In this document: piece after piece, positions 43,521-52,294 of the stretch
Position numbering within the stretch: the first letter of the stretch is position 1
Layout of the letters: every line of letters begins with the position of its first letter
Translations under genes and position numbers: made by a program
DNA from: a virus
Virus record (IMG/VR): IMGVR_UViG_3300023223_000630
Span: 1 to 64,000 of that record
Length of the DNA stretch: 64,000 bases
Reading direction: 5' to 3' (one strand)
The notes under the pieces: generated by a model
The model's input: only the letters and a program-made list of their open reading frames with translations
Databases searched by the model: none
Told to the model about the DNA's origin: nothing

Positions 43521-44678
43521 TTAGGAGAGTAATGAAACACCTAAACCGTTTGTACTATCAGATATTGATGCCCAAGGAATTACTACTGAATATGTGCTTG
43601 TTACACCGTTTATTGTAGCTGTGCCTTGACCAGTGTAGATTCCTACAATGTCGTGATCACCCCAATCATACACTGGAGCTCCACTATCACCTTTTGCTCC
43701 ACTATCAGCGGTCATGAGTATGATTTTAAGACCGTTTGAATCAGTGATGATATACTGTACTGTTTCATCAAAGTTCCCTGTTTGTGTACCTGAAATATCC
43801 AATTCGTCACCTACAGTTATAGTTTTTGAACCTGTTATGGATGCAGAAACACCAGAACTTACCCAAACTTTGGATACGTTAGTTCTTGAATTGGTATCTG
43901 TGATGAATAGACAGTCACAATTTACTTCATCATCAATTTTATCACCACTGTTTACAGTTCCAATTTTGTAATAAGTAGTGGATTTGTATGGCTGATAGAT
44001 ACTATCATTCACATCATAACAATGTCCAGCAGTAAGATATCCAGTTGTTGTACCTTGTTTTACTGGAAGCCCAAGTGTGCAGCGATCACCATCTTGATTT
44101 TTGATTTGGATCCCGCCTTGAAGCGGTTCACAATTGTCAGCTCTATATGTGCAATCATGACTAAAATCCGTATATTCAAAAGTGCCATAGCCTATTTGAA
44201 CGTCAAGAGTATCATCATTAATGATGGCCTCTATTTTTTGCTTCCATCTTGGATCTTCTGATTCTGGGGAAAGAATAACTGTTAGTTTGTTTTCACCAAC
44301 AAGTGACATTACAAGGGGTAAACCCTCAATATCTCCGAGTGATTTTTCAATGTCTAATAGTTTGTCGTGGTCTTTGTAGACTTTTTTGTTTTGTTCCCTA
44401 ATAGTCTTCATCTCTTGTACTTTTTCTTCAATCTTTTGCTCTATATTTTGAATTTGTACATTAGAAGTTGCACGTTCTTTTTCTAAACCGAGTTTGAAGA
44501 TATCCTGTACAGTGGACTGTACGTGTGGCGAATAGTTTTTCTTGATCTTTTGTTTTATTTCATTTGGCAATTCAATTACATTGAATATTGATGCATTAAT
44601 CATACTACTACTAAGTGGAATTAGTAGCAGTACTGCCAATGAAGCAAACAAAAAGATTTTTGTCGTTTTACTAGTCAT
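43521..44678 (-). CDS. exported chymotrypsin-fold (S1) serine protease
   Basis: N-terminal signal/anchor (IFLFASLAVLLLIPLSS), ~170-aa helical pro-region, then LTAGHCY (His), NCDCLFI (Asp), AKGDSGAPVY (Ser). Confidence 0.8.
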   Translation of the reverse strand: MTSKTTKIFLFASLAVLLLIPLSSSMINASIFNVIELPNEIKQKIKKNYSPHVQSTVQDIFKLGLEKERATSNVQIQNIEQKIEEKVQEMKTIREQNKKVYKDHDKLLDIEKSLGDIEGLPLVMSLVGENKLTVILSPESEDPRWKQKIEAIINDDTLDVQIGYGTFEYTDFSHDCTYRADNCEPLQGGIQIKNQDGDRCTLGLPVKQGTTTGYLTAGHCYDVNDSIYQPYKSTTYYKIGTVNSGDKIDDEVNCDCLFITDTNSRTNVSKVWVSSGVSASITGSKTITVGDELDISGTQTGNFDETVQYIITDSNGLKIILMTADSGAKGDSGAPVYDWGDHDIVGIYTGQGTATINGVTSTYSVVIPWASISDSTNGLGVSLLS

Positions 44679-45031
44679 TGAATAATAGTATGGTAAAAAT
44701 AATTATAAATCTATCTACTGTATCATAGCTTTAATAATTACAACATATTATAGCATTATTGTGATCTCTTTACTCACTATCTATGGGTGATAGTAATGAG
44801 GAAGAAAAACCGCTATTGCCTAGGAAACGGTAGCGGGGTCACAATGATGTAACCATTACACCAAAGGGTTACACATTATTAAAACTTTTTTATTTATGAG
44901 ATTAATATTTTCCAGCCTATAATTACAAGCACAGATATGAAAGAGACAACAAATCCTATATCTACAATACGTTTTATGACATCAAGTCTGTCAGTTGTAG
45001 TTTTGTTCCCCATTGATTATTACCTATATTA

Positions 45032-45712
45032 CTAAAGTGTTATAGTGATATTAATTGATTGGCCTATTCCTATATCATTAATTGCTTTGATATAAAATGA
45101 ATATTCTACATCAGATTCTATTCCATGCAATATTATGCCAGTTGCTATTGATGGCATCTGAATATAAGTAGCAATACGAGGATCATCACTAGTATAATAT
45201 ATTAAATAATCAGTGATTGAAGAACCACCGTCACTTATTGGCGGATCCCAAGTAAAATTAACATTACCATTACCTAAATCTTCAACAGCCAAATTAGTTG
45301 GTACACCAGGGATAGTATCTACTGTATAATAAAATGAGCCAGTAGCATTAGCACCAAGGTTTGCATCATACCATCCAATAGCTGTATAATTCCCTGTTGT
45401 CCATTCTACACCTAGTATATCATTTCCAGCAATTAATGTATGATAAAACAGTTGTTCAAAAAACATTGTTTCTATTCCTGTATATACTAAATCATCATTC
45501 TCATTATAAATATCATAATGAGCATCTACAGGGGGCGGATAATTAATCTCAGATGTAATTACAATTACATCATCTTGAGTGTACATACTATTATCAAATT
45601 CCATAGTAATTTCATAAGCCTTTAATCTGGCATCGGCTTCCTGTACACCAGCTAAAGGAATAATCAATACCATTACAGCCAATACACTAATCATCAATAG
45701 TTTTTCATTCAT
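45032..45712 (-). CDS. exported protein with C-terminal FN3 domain
   Basis: I prefer the start MNEKLLMISVLAVMVLIIPLAG (45712), since the track start 45745 overlaps the upstream gene. FN3: VPTNLAVEDLGNGNVNFTWDPPISDGGSSITDYLIYY...YSFYIKAINDIGIGQS. Confidence 0.6.
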   Translation of the reverse strand: MNEKLLMISVLAVMVLIIPLAGVQEADARLKAYEITMEFDNSMYTQDDVIVITSEINYPPPVDAHYDIYNENDDLVYTGIETMFFEQLFYHTLIAGNDILGVEWTTGNYTAIGWYDANLGANATGSFYYTVDTIPGVPTNLAVEDLGNGNVNFTWDPPISDGGSSITDYLIYYTSDDPRIATYIQMPSIATGIILHGIESDVEYSFYIKAINDIGIGQSINITITL

Positions 45713-45716
45713 GTTA

Positions 45717-46193
45717 TTACTCTTTTGACTGGATAGCCGGATCAATTGTTGTTTTTAATATTTCATTAATGTCTTTTCTATAATCTCCTAGTTGTTCATT
45801 AAGTTGTGCTTTGTAAATATAATCTTGAATCTTTTCCAGTTTTTCTTCTAGTTCCTGTTTTATGAATTGTAATCCTTGATTTGCACCCATTTCTGCAGCC
45901 AATCCCTTTGATATTTTAGCATTAAGTTCTGTTAGTCTTTTGTTTTCCTGTTTTAATTTATGAATTATTTTAGTTACTTCATTATAATCTATATCTGTGA
46001 ATAAAGATAAATCATATGACTCTGATTTTTCAGTTACATCATTAAAGTAGGATTCTCTAACCATGATAAAATCCGGGGAGAGGTATTTTTCCTTAAATGA
46101 TTGATTCTCTAAAACTTGTGAAATAAATTCCTCTTCATCATCTATATCATGCTCTTCTAAGAATTTTACAATGAACTCTTTAGTTATTTTCAT
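45717..46193 (-). CDS. hypothetical coiled-coil protein (158 aa)
   Basis: Heptad-like, acidic. Confidence 0.5.
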   Translation of the reverse strand: MKITKEFIVKFLEEHDIDDEEEFISQVLENQSFKEKYLSPDFIMVRESYFNDVTEKSESYDLSLFTDIDYNEVTKIIHKLKQENKRLTELNAKISKGLAAEMGANQGLQFIKQELEEKLEKIQDYIYKAQLNEQLGDYRKDINEILKTTIDPAIQSKE

Positions 46194-46579
46194 TTCATTA
46201 ACACCTTTTCTGAACGCTTTAACATTTTCATTTCGTGTTGTATAGATGTCAATACCTCTAAAACTTTGTCCATTTTATCAATTTTTTTAGGGATCCCCAT
46301 CTTAAGATCTGTAGGTGTAAGGTACACATCATAAACAATGTTACATTTTGACAATAATTCCTCATATTCTATCATGTATCCCATTCCCTTTTGTGTTATG
46401 GAGTAATCAGAGTTTATCAGCCTGTAATGTTGTAAGTTTTTTAAATGATTTTTAATCTTGTCAAATGACATTTTAGATCGAAGTTGAATGGATGTAGGTT
46501 TGAGATCCTGGGGATAATTTTGAATGACTTTTAATATATCATAGTATATTCTCTGTACTGTACGTCTATCTCTAGTCAT
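46190..46579 (-). CDS. winged-helix DNA-binding protein, tentative
   Basis: RIYYDILKVIQNYPQDLKPTSIQLRSKMSFDKIKNHLKNLQHYRLI..ITQKGMGY resembles archaeal wHTH regulators. Confidence 0.45.
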   Translation of the reverse strand: MTRDRRTVQRIYYDILKVIQNYPQDLKPTSIQLRSKMSFDKIKNHLKNLQHYRLINSDYSITQKGMGYMIEYEELLSKCNIVYDVYLTPTDLKMGIPKKIDKMDKVLEVLTSIQHEMKMLKRSEKVLMK

Positions 46580-46757
46580 TATTGTTAATCCCTTTTACAA
46601 CTTTTAATAGTATTTTTACTATATCTATCATTGGATAGTCTTCATCTTTGTTATGCATTAAGAACTTTTCCAGATATTCTATGTCATCTTTGTAACCCAT
46701 GATTGTTACTTTATAGTACAAAGATGAATAAATATGTTTTTGTGGCCTTCCCTGCAC
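46572..46757 (-). CDS. hypothetical protein (61 aa)
   Basis: First gene of the 46757-45032 minus-strand unit. Confidence 0.4.
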   Translation of the reverse strand: MQGRPQKHIYSSLYYKVTIMGYKDDIEYLEKFLMHNKDEDYPMIDIVKILLKVVKGINNND

Positions 46758-46859
46758 TCATATCATGGGTATGGCATGGGTACAAAAACGGGAAGACCAA
46801 TGGAATTATAACATTTAAAATATAAAAACCATTGTTTTCTGTTATATAATGGGTATGGA

Positions 46860-47120
46860 ATGGGGAATATTAGCAAGTGGAAGGATATAGTCTGGAACCA
46901 AAATAGCAATTCATTTGAAGAAATGAAGATTGATTATTATGGTAGATGGATGAAGTATTCCGAATTTGGAAACAGACCTCATGATTATTCCTGGGAATTA
47001 GACCATATTGTAGGAAAAAATGAAGGAGGAGCAGACCATCCAAGTAATTTAAGAGCACTCAACTGGAGATCAAATGTAGCAAGAAACGGGAAAAAATACA
47101 AACAAAACGAAGTAGGCTAA
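46860..47120 (+). CDS. small HNH nuclease
   Basis: WELDHIVGKNEGGADHPSNLRALNWRSNVARNGK. Confidence 0.65.
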   Translation: MGNISKWKDIVWNQNSNSFEEMKIDYYGRWMKYSEFGNRPHDYSWELDHIVGKNEGGADHPSNLRALNWRSNVARNGKKYKQNEVG

Positions 47121-47281
47121 ATCATTATTCTCATTAAATGATAATTATAAATATTGTATTACACTATACATAGCGGTGTGTTATGTGTTGGTTATCAATG
47201 TTTGACATATAATTTCTAGTATAAGGCCAAGTGGGGATTCACTAGAAGCACCATTTTTATATTCAAATTATAAAAATCACA

Positions 47282-47366
47282 ATTGTTGTCACATAGACTG
47301 GTAATTGTGCTAACCTTATGAGTTAGAATCTCCACAGATTCGTGGGTTCAAATCCCTCCAACAACG
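47282..47366 (+). tRNA. atypical tRNA-like gene, anticodon UAU, long extra arm
   Basis: ATTGTTG TC ACAT-AGACTGGTAA-TTGT G CTAAC-CTTATGA-GTTAG AATCT-CCAC-AGATT-C GTGGG-TTCAAAT-CCCTC CAACAAC G. There is an A1:C72 mismatch and a T:T mismatch in the T stem. The T arm is one base different from the tRNA at 42090. A TATA-like AAATTATAAAAA lies just upstream. Confidence 0.45.
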
Positions 47367-47440
47367 TTTATCAAAAATCAAATTAATCTATTTACATAAT
47401 ATATACTATCTTTAAATCTCGAATATTGGAAATTATCAAA

Positions 47441-47614
47441 ATGGCTAAAAAACCCACAATGATAACGGTTCATCCTGCAGTTATAGAATGGATTGATGAA
47501 AAAGTAAATGAAAGAATGTTTTCTAGCAGATCACACGCTTTTGAAAGAAGTGTTTTATTAATGATGAGTGTAGAAGACAGACGTGAAGTAATCAAAAAGA
47601 TGAGTAAACGTTAA
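47441..47614 (+). CDS. ribbon-helix-helix (CopG/Arc-like) protein
   Basis: MAKKPTMITVHPAVIEWIDEKVNERMFSSRSHAFERSVLLM; TTTAAATC box 23-30 nt upstream of ATG 47441. Confidence 0.55.
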   Translation: MAKKPTMITVHPAVIEWIDEKVNERMFSSRSHAFERSVLLMMSVEDRREVIKKMSKR

Positions 47615-47641
47615 TATTCGTAATTATACGTTTTGTATATA

Positions 47642-48577
47642 ATGTATAATTACATATTACTTGTAGGACTTGCAATGTTTTCCATATTCAGTGTTGCATA
47701 TGCTGAAGACTTTGGAAGAGTTAATGGTGATTATTTTAGAACCGGGGATTTCCTATCAGTTACATCACACTCTAATGATATTATGACATTTGATATTGTA
47801 GGTGAAAACTTTGAAAAAGGTTATACAATGGATCCCCGTGGTGGTACTGTCACATATGGAATGCCATTCCCTAGTGAAATGCCTAAAGGAGTTTACGATA
47901 TTACATTTAATAGTATCAACTATACTTCAACACAAAAAATTGGATATGGTGTACCACTTCCGGCATTTACATTACATGCAGAGAAAACCATTCATACACT
48001 AAATGAATATGCCTTTTTCTGGGGTCAGGTCATTGGAATAGAGCCCACTGACTACTCTTTTAATGGAAATGTACTTGTACAAATACTAGACAGTTCAGGA
48101 GAACTTTTAGAGGATAATTGGAGGGCAAGTCATGATACAGCTAGAACTGCTCAAGATGTTAAAGCCACAAAGTCAGAATTTAGAGCACAAATTAACAATG
48201 GTAAAACATTCCTAGTTACACAAAATGATGCTAATATTTTCGGGGATCAAGGAAGTAAAAGTATAAGACCAATTTTAGAAAATGGTTATAGAATATTTAT
48301 CAAAATTGATCCTATAATATACACAGCCGGTGAACAATATACATTAAAAGTAACTCATGATGGAATGGTGAAAAGTGTAAATTTCCGGATAATTGAACGT
48401 GATATTTTACCAATCTTTAATGTTACAATTGATACAGAAATATGTGAATATGAACAGTCCATATATGATACTTTGGAGAATAAAAGAGATAATTATATTA
48501 TAATTGGTGATCCTACATTAACTGAAAAAGTTACTTTACAGATGAATAATTTCAAGTTTACAGAGGGATGCAATTGA
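47642..48577 (+). CDS. exported protein (311 aa)
   Basis: Signal peptide MYNYILLVGLAMFSIFSVAYA from ATG 47642. Confidence 0.55.
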   Translation: MYNYILLVGLAMFSIFSVAYAEDFGRVNGDYFRTGDFLSVTSHSNDIMTFDIVGENFEKGYTMDPRGGTVTYGMPFPSEMPKGVYDITFNSINYTSTQKIGYGVPLPAFTLHAEKTIHTLNEYAFFWGQVIGIEPTDYSFNGNVLVQILDSSGELLEDNWRASHDTARTAQDVKATKSEFRAQINNGKTFLVTQNDANIFGDQGSKSIRPILENGYRIFIKIDPIIYTAGEQYTLKVTHDGMVKSVNFRIIERDILPIFNVTIDTEICEYEQSIYDTLENKRDNYIIIGDPTLTEKVTLQMNNFKFTEGCN

Positions 48578-48897
48578 AACACTGTATTAATTGCAAGCAG
48601 GATGTAAACCCTAGGCGTGATATGTCAGGAGCTAAGAAAATCCTAGTAAGTATAGCATTTGTAATATGTATATTATTAGGATCACTTTCCTTTATTGGAG
48701 GCTCGTATTCCGGAAATGTGAATGATGGAATGGTAACATTTTTGTTTTTTATTGTAGTTTCAATTACAACAGCAATGATAGTATACTATGCAGAAGCACC
48801 AAGTTGTCCAATGTGCAAGTGTGATTATTGGAAGCCGGTACATAGTATTTTAGACAAGCCTAGATTCCGGGAAGAATTTATAGATAAAAATAATTAA
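48568..48897 (+). CDS. zinc-ribbon membrane protein (109 aa)
   Basis: CINC...two TM spans...CPMCKC. Confidence 0.5.
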   Translation: MQLKHCINCKQDVNPRRDMSGAKKILVSIAFVICILLGSLSFIGGSYSGNVNDGMVTFLFFIVVSITTAMIVYYAEAPSCPMCKCDYWKPVHSILDKPRFREEFIDKNN

Positions 48898-48936
48898 ACC
48901 CACATATATAAATACTAATTATTAAAACTTTGAATC

Positions 48937-49143
48937 ATGATGAGTGATAAACTTGAAGACATTCCAAAGTATTTTATCTGTGATGGTGTGATTCACAAAA
49001 GTTCCCCCCACAATGAATGTAAATGTAGCGGGGATTCTACAAAGTGGGTATTCACCAATGAAATACAAGGTATACAATGTGTAACATGCTTCCAGGAAAC
49101 TATGAGCAACGGGGATCCAAATATAGCTCATGAAAGAACTTAA
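48937..49143 (+). CDS. Cys-rich protein (68 aa)
   Basis: Preferred over the antisense ORF 48922-49131 on composition. Confidence 0.4.
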   Translation: MMSDKLEDIPKYFICDGVIHKSSPHNECKCSGDSTKWVFTNEIQGIQCVTCFQETMSNGDPNIAHERT

Positions 49144-49506
49144 TAATAACTATTTGTAGTAAAATATTAATCATTTAATGGTATAATACCACTAAATGAC
49201 CCCGCCAAGATTCTTAAGTGTACTTGACGGTTTTTCATTCTATCCTTCTTCGATAATGATGCCTCAGATAGAACAGGTCAAAATTGTATCATATAATGGA
49301 GTATTTATTGGTATAATGTTTGGTTATAATCTTTGAGATTCCTTTACCTTTTCAGCATCAATAATAAATAAATAATTACCTGTAGATTCCCAAAATATTT
49401 CTTCATCTGTTACTTGGGTTATAGGATAGCTAAATCTATTATTATAAAGAAAATCTGTGAGCCACATATGGGGGTGTTTGGTAAAATTAATCATTTCTTT
49501 AAATCA

Positions 49507-49761
49507 TCATGCATCTAATTTCAACCAACTGAAATAATCAATACAGATATTTCCCCTCTCATTTTGTTTTATAATACATTTCTCAAAGGGAGAATACATT
49601 GCACTTGCAGATCTTACCGTAGAGTACTCACCACATATTTGTTCAGATGATATATTATTAGCATCATTTGAAAATGCTTCATTACATCCTGCAAATATTG
49701 CAGCCATACCAATTATTACAGTAATTATACCAATTATTATAATCCCAGTTCTTGTTTCCAT
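49507..49761 (-). CDS. small membrane-anchored protein (84 aa)
   Basis: GIIIIGIITVIIGMAAIFAG TM span. Confidence 0.45.
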   Translation of the reverse strand: METRTGIIIIGIITVIIGMAAIFAGCNEAFSNDANNISSEQICGEYSTVRSASAMYSPFEKCIIKQNERGNICIDYFSWLKLDA

Positions 49762-50043
49762 CTATTTGTTCTCCTTTTTGTTTGTAATATTTGTTTCATT
49801 CTCTAATAGAGATTGAATTTTAGCCATTGATTCACCACATTCTTGTAATGATATAGGTAATCCATATTTGAATAATTCCTTTACTAATTCTTGAAGTTTT
49901 AGAGCTTGTATAATGAGTTTAAATTCATATTCCTCTGATGTAACATCAATATATCCACATTTTTTCATGTCTTTGATATAATTATGTATAGTAGGATAAC
50001 ACTTTTCAAAAAACTCTTTTGATTCATAGTTTGTTCCTTCCAT
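49762..50043 (-). CDS. hypothetical protein (93 aa)
   Basis: Contiguous with its neighbours. Confidence 0.45.
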   Translation of the reverse strand: MEGTNYESKEFFEKCYPTIHNYIKDMKKCGYIDVTSEEYEFKLIIQALKLQELVKELFKYGLPISLQECGESMAKIQSLLENETNITNKKENK

Positions 50044-50615
50044 TATTCATCCTCCGGAATTATAGTGATATTAGGTGCATCATCAAAAATATATCCATTT
50101 GCTTTTTTAGAGAGTCCGGGATTTTCAATTGTAACACTTGTAATTTCACCACCTTTAATGATATCAGTTGGTTCATCCCTTAGTATATCCATTAGTATAA
50201 CAGATGATTTTTTATCATAGTATCCCTTTTCAAGTCCTTCTTTAATTTTTTCTAATTGTTGGAACATTTTTGTATTATATTCCCGAAGTTTATTATTATC
50301 TTTTAATTCTCTTGTTGTTATTTGATTACATTTTGTTACTAGATGTTTGTTTATCTCTTTAAGTTGTTTGTTTTCATCTAGGATTTTATCTGTATTAATC
50401 AAATCATGTTTACATGCGTGAACATGTCTACTCCCGATTACAATCATTTTTTCATTGCAATAACCGCATTTTTCGTTAAGAAATATAGCACTATTCTCTT
50501 CCCATTCAATGATTTGTTTATAAAATTTTATAGGATCAGCGGGAAAGTTTCTTGTATCATGATTGTACTGTAATGCATATAACAGCTCATCTTGTTCATG
50601 CTGTGCTAGCTTCAT
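50043..50615 (-). CDS. hypothetical protein (190 aa) with Cys/His cluster
   Basis: CGYCNEKMIVIGSRHVHACKH. Confidence 0.5.
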   Translation of the reverse strand: MKLAQHEQDELLYALQYNHDTRNFPADPIKFYKQIIEWEENSAIFLNEKCGYCNEKMIVIGSRHVHACKHDLINTDKILDENKQLKEINKHLVTKCNQITTRELKDNNKLREYNTKMFQQLEKIKEGLEKGYYDKKSSVILMDILRDEPTDIIKGGEITSVTIENPGLSKKANGYIFDDAPNITIIPEDE

Positions 50616-50779
50616 GGTTTCTCCAATGATTTTCTTACTTGCATGTGAATTATATCCATATCTGGAACGATATTTACTATTTGATCAGCATCTATGTTTA
50701 ACATCTTAAAAAATTCAGTTCTATCTATTTCATATGTTGTTATTTTTTCATGTGTTTCAAATGAGGTTGTTAGTTTCAT
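50612..50779 (-). CDS. hypothetical mini-protein (55 aa)
   Basis: MKLTTSFETHEKITTYEIDRTEFFKMLNIDADQIVNIVPDMDIIHMQVRKSLEKP; ATGA overlaps at both ends. Confidence 0.45.
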   Translation of the reverse strand: MKLTTSFETHEKITTYEIDRTEFFKMLNIDADQIVNIVPDMDIIHMQVRKSLEKP

Positions 50780-51123
50780 GATTTCACCTTTATTGGTTCA
50801 TCCTCAAAGTATAATGATGTAATTTCATTGAAATATTTGTCACTTCCATGCAAGTATCTATCACACATTTCATCATATCGTGCTGCTTTAGCTTGTAATT
50901 CTTTTATTATATTGTCTTTATCTTCCAATTTTAACCATTCATCATGTATCTTTGCTTTTTCTTTTAATTCAATTAATTCCCTAACTGAATGTAAATTAAT
51001 TGCTTCACAAACTGTTTGATTCTCTAAAATTTCTTGTTTTTCTTCTTCTGTTACTGTAATTGAATATACAAATTTATCTTTACTAAATGCACCATTTGAA
51101 AATCTATCTTTAGTTAATTTCAT
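50776..51123 (-). CDS. hypothetical protein (115 aa)
   Basis: Operon member. Confidence 0.5.
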   Translation of the reverse strand: MKLTKDRFSNGAFSKDKFVYSITVTEEEKQEILENQTVCEAINLHSVRELIELKEKAKIHDEWLKLEDKDNIIKELQAKAARYDEMCDRYLHGSDKYFNEITSLYFEDEPIKVKS

Positions 51124-51278
51124 TCCCGTTTCTTTTTCCTATCTCTAAAGATAACATCAAAACCGTTTGTTAATGTGAATTTAGTTTCTTTTATATGATC
51201 TGTAATTAAATGATCTGAAAACTTTACAATAATATCTTCTAAACTAGATGCTAGTTTTTCATACTCTTTCTGATTCAT
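51120..51278 (-). CDS. hypothetical mini-protein (52 aa)
   Basis: MNQKEYEKLASSLEDIIVKFSDHLITDHIKETKFTLTNGFDVIFRDRKKKRE; ATGA overlap; first gene of the operon. Confidence 0.4.
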   Translation of the reverse strand: MNQKEYEKLASSLEDIIVKFSDHLITDHIKETKFTLTNGFDVIFRDRKKKRE

Positions 51279-52294
51279 AACATATTACCAAACACTTTAC
51301 GAATTTAAGCGTTTAGTGTGTAACTTACCCATAAGTATAGACATAAAAGAATTATAATACTATTATCATGGGTCATGAAATTAAGCAGATATACAATACA
51401 TTTTGTGTATCATGCGGATCAACTCATACAACCAAGAACGGGAAGAGGAAAATTAAACATGGTGTAACACAAAGGTACAAGTGTTTAGAGTGTGGTACAA
51501 GATTCACCTGGAGAATAGGTTTTGAGAAAAAGCATTACAAAGGTGAGTTAATCACACTAGCAATACAAATGTATTATGCAGGACAATCATTAAGTAAGGT
51601 AGCACATACATTAAAGATGCTTGGTATCTCACCAACAAAGCAAACCATATGGAACTGGATTAACCAATACTCTTCTCGGATCTCCACTTTTTTAGAAACT
51701 GTTCCACCTGATGTCGGGGAGTCATGGAGGAGTGATGAAATGTATACCCATGTTAAAGGTAAAATTTCATATTTATTCATGATGATGGATGACGATACTA
51801 GATACATTCTAAGTCAAGAGTTAGCCAAAACAAAAGAGTATCATGATGCGTATAATTTGTTTAATAATGGTAGAATATTAGCTGGTAAAAAACCAAGTAT
51901 AGTAACTACTGACGGACTAAAGGCATACAAGAAAGCGTTTAACAGAGTATTTTATTCAAACACATTACCCCGAACTTATCATAATAGTATCATTAAACTC
52001 ACCGGGGATGCAAGTAATAACCTAATGGAAAGATTAAACTGTACCGTAAGAGATAGAGAAAAAACTTTTAGAGGTTTACAAAGTTATGATACTCCTATGT
52101 TTAAGGGGTATGTTATCTATTTTAATCATATTAGACCACATACCGCACTTAATGGAATGACACCAGGAGAAAAAGCTAATATCCATATTGAGGGACAAAA
52201 TAAATGGTTTACCCTCATCCAAAATTCAACACTTCAACAGATTTATAAATATGCTATATAAGTATATATTCCGAATTTTCCATATAAAGTATTT
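51279..52294 (+). mobile_element. IS6-family insertion sequence (limits only bounded by neighbouring genes)
   Basis: Contains the transposase gene. I could not find terminal inverted repeats or a clean target duplication. Confidence 0.4.
51368..52261 (+). CDS. IS6-family (IS240-type) DDE transposase with N-terminal zinc finger
   Basis: CVSCGS...RYKCLECGTRF; WRSDEMYTHVKGK.SYLFMMMD, IVTTDGLKAYKKAF, NNLMERLNCTVRDREKTFRG, YFNHIRPHTALNGMTPGE. Confidence 0.75.
   Translation: MGHEIKQIYNTFCVSCGSTHTTKNGKRKIKHGVTQRYKCLECGTRFTWRIGFEKKHYKGELITLAIQMYYAGQSLSKVAHTLKMLGISPTKQTIWNWINQYSSRISTFLETVPPDVGESWRSDEMYTHVKGKISYLFMMMDDDTRYILSQELAKTKEYHDAYNLFNNGRILAGKKPSIVTTDGLKAYKKAFNRVFYSNTLPRTYHNSIIKLTGDASNNLMERLNCTVRDREKTFRGLQSYDTPMFKGYVIYFNHIRPHTALNGMTPGEKANIHIEGQNKWFTLIQNSTLQQIYKYAI

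Noticed and set aside
43346-44261. Plus-strand ORFs 43346-43618, 43714-43971 and 44022-44261
   Set aside because: They are antisense to the exported protein and the protease, whose catalytic motifs fix the real frame.
42027-44791. Shared 13-mer ATCTATGGGTGAT at 42027-42039 and 44779-44791
   Set aside because: A single 13-nt match is within chance expectation for all-against-all comparison of 64 kb of biased sequence, and there is no further similarity in the flanks.
44855-45013. Short minus-strand ORF starting at ATG 45013-45011 (MGNKTTTDRLDVIKRIVDIGFVVSF...)
   Set aside because: My hand counts of its length were inconsistent across an A-run near 44940, so I could not fix the frame or the stop and did not annotate it.
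42000-47400. Provirus boundary or att site at the tRNA genes
   Set aside because: There is no tyrosine or serine recombinase anywhere in the window, I found no duplicated tRNA 3' half, and both sides look viral. I therefore treat these as virus-encoded tRNAs.
48922-49131. 69-aa minus-strand ORF overlapping 48937-49143
   Set aside because: The two are mutually exclusive. The plus-strand product is charged and Cys-patterned and continues a plus-strand gene series, while the minus product is hydrophobic and low-complexity.
51295-52280. 7-mer CGAATTT on both sides of the transposase as a target-site duplication
   Set aside because: The sequences just inside the two copies are not inverted repeats, and a 7-mer match in AT-rich DNA is weak evidence.
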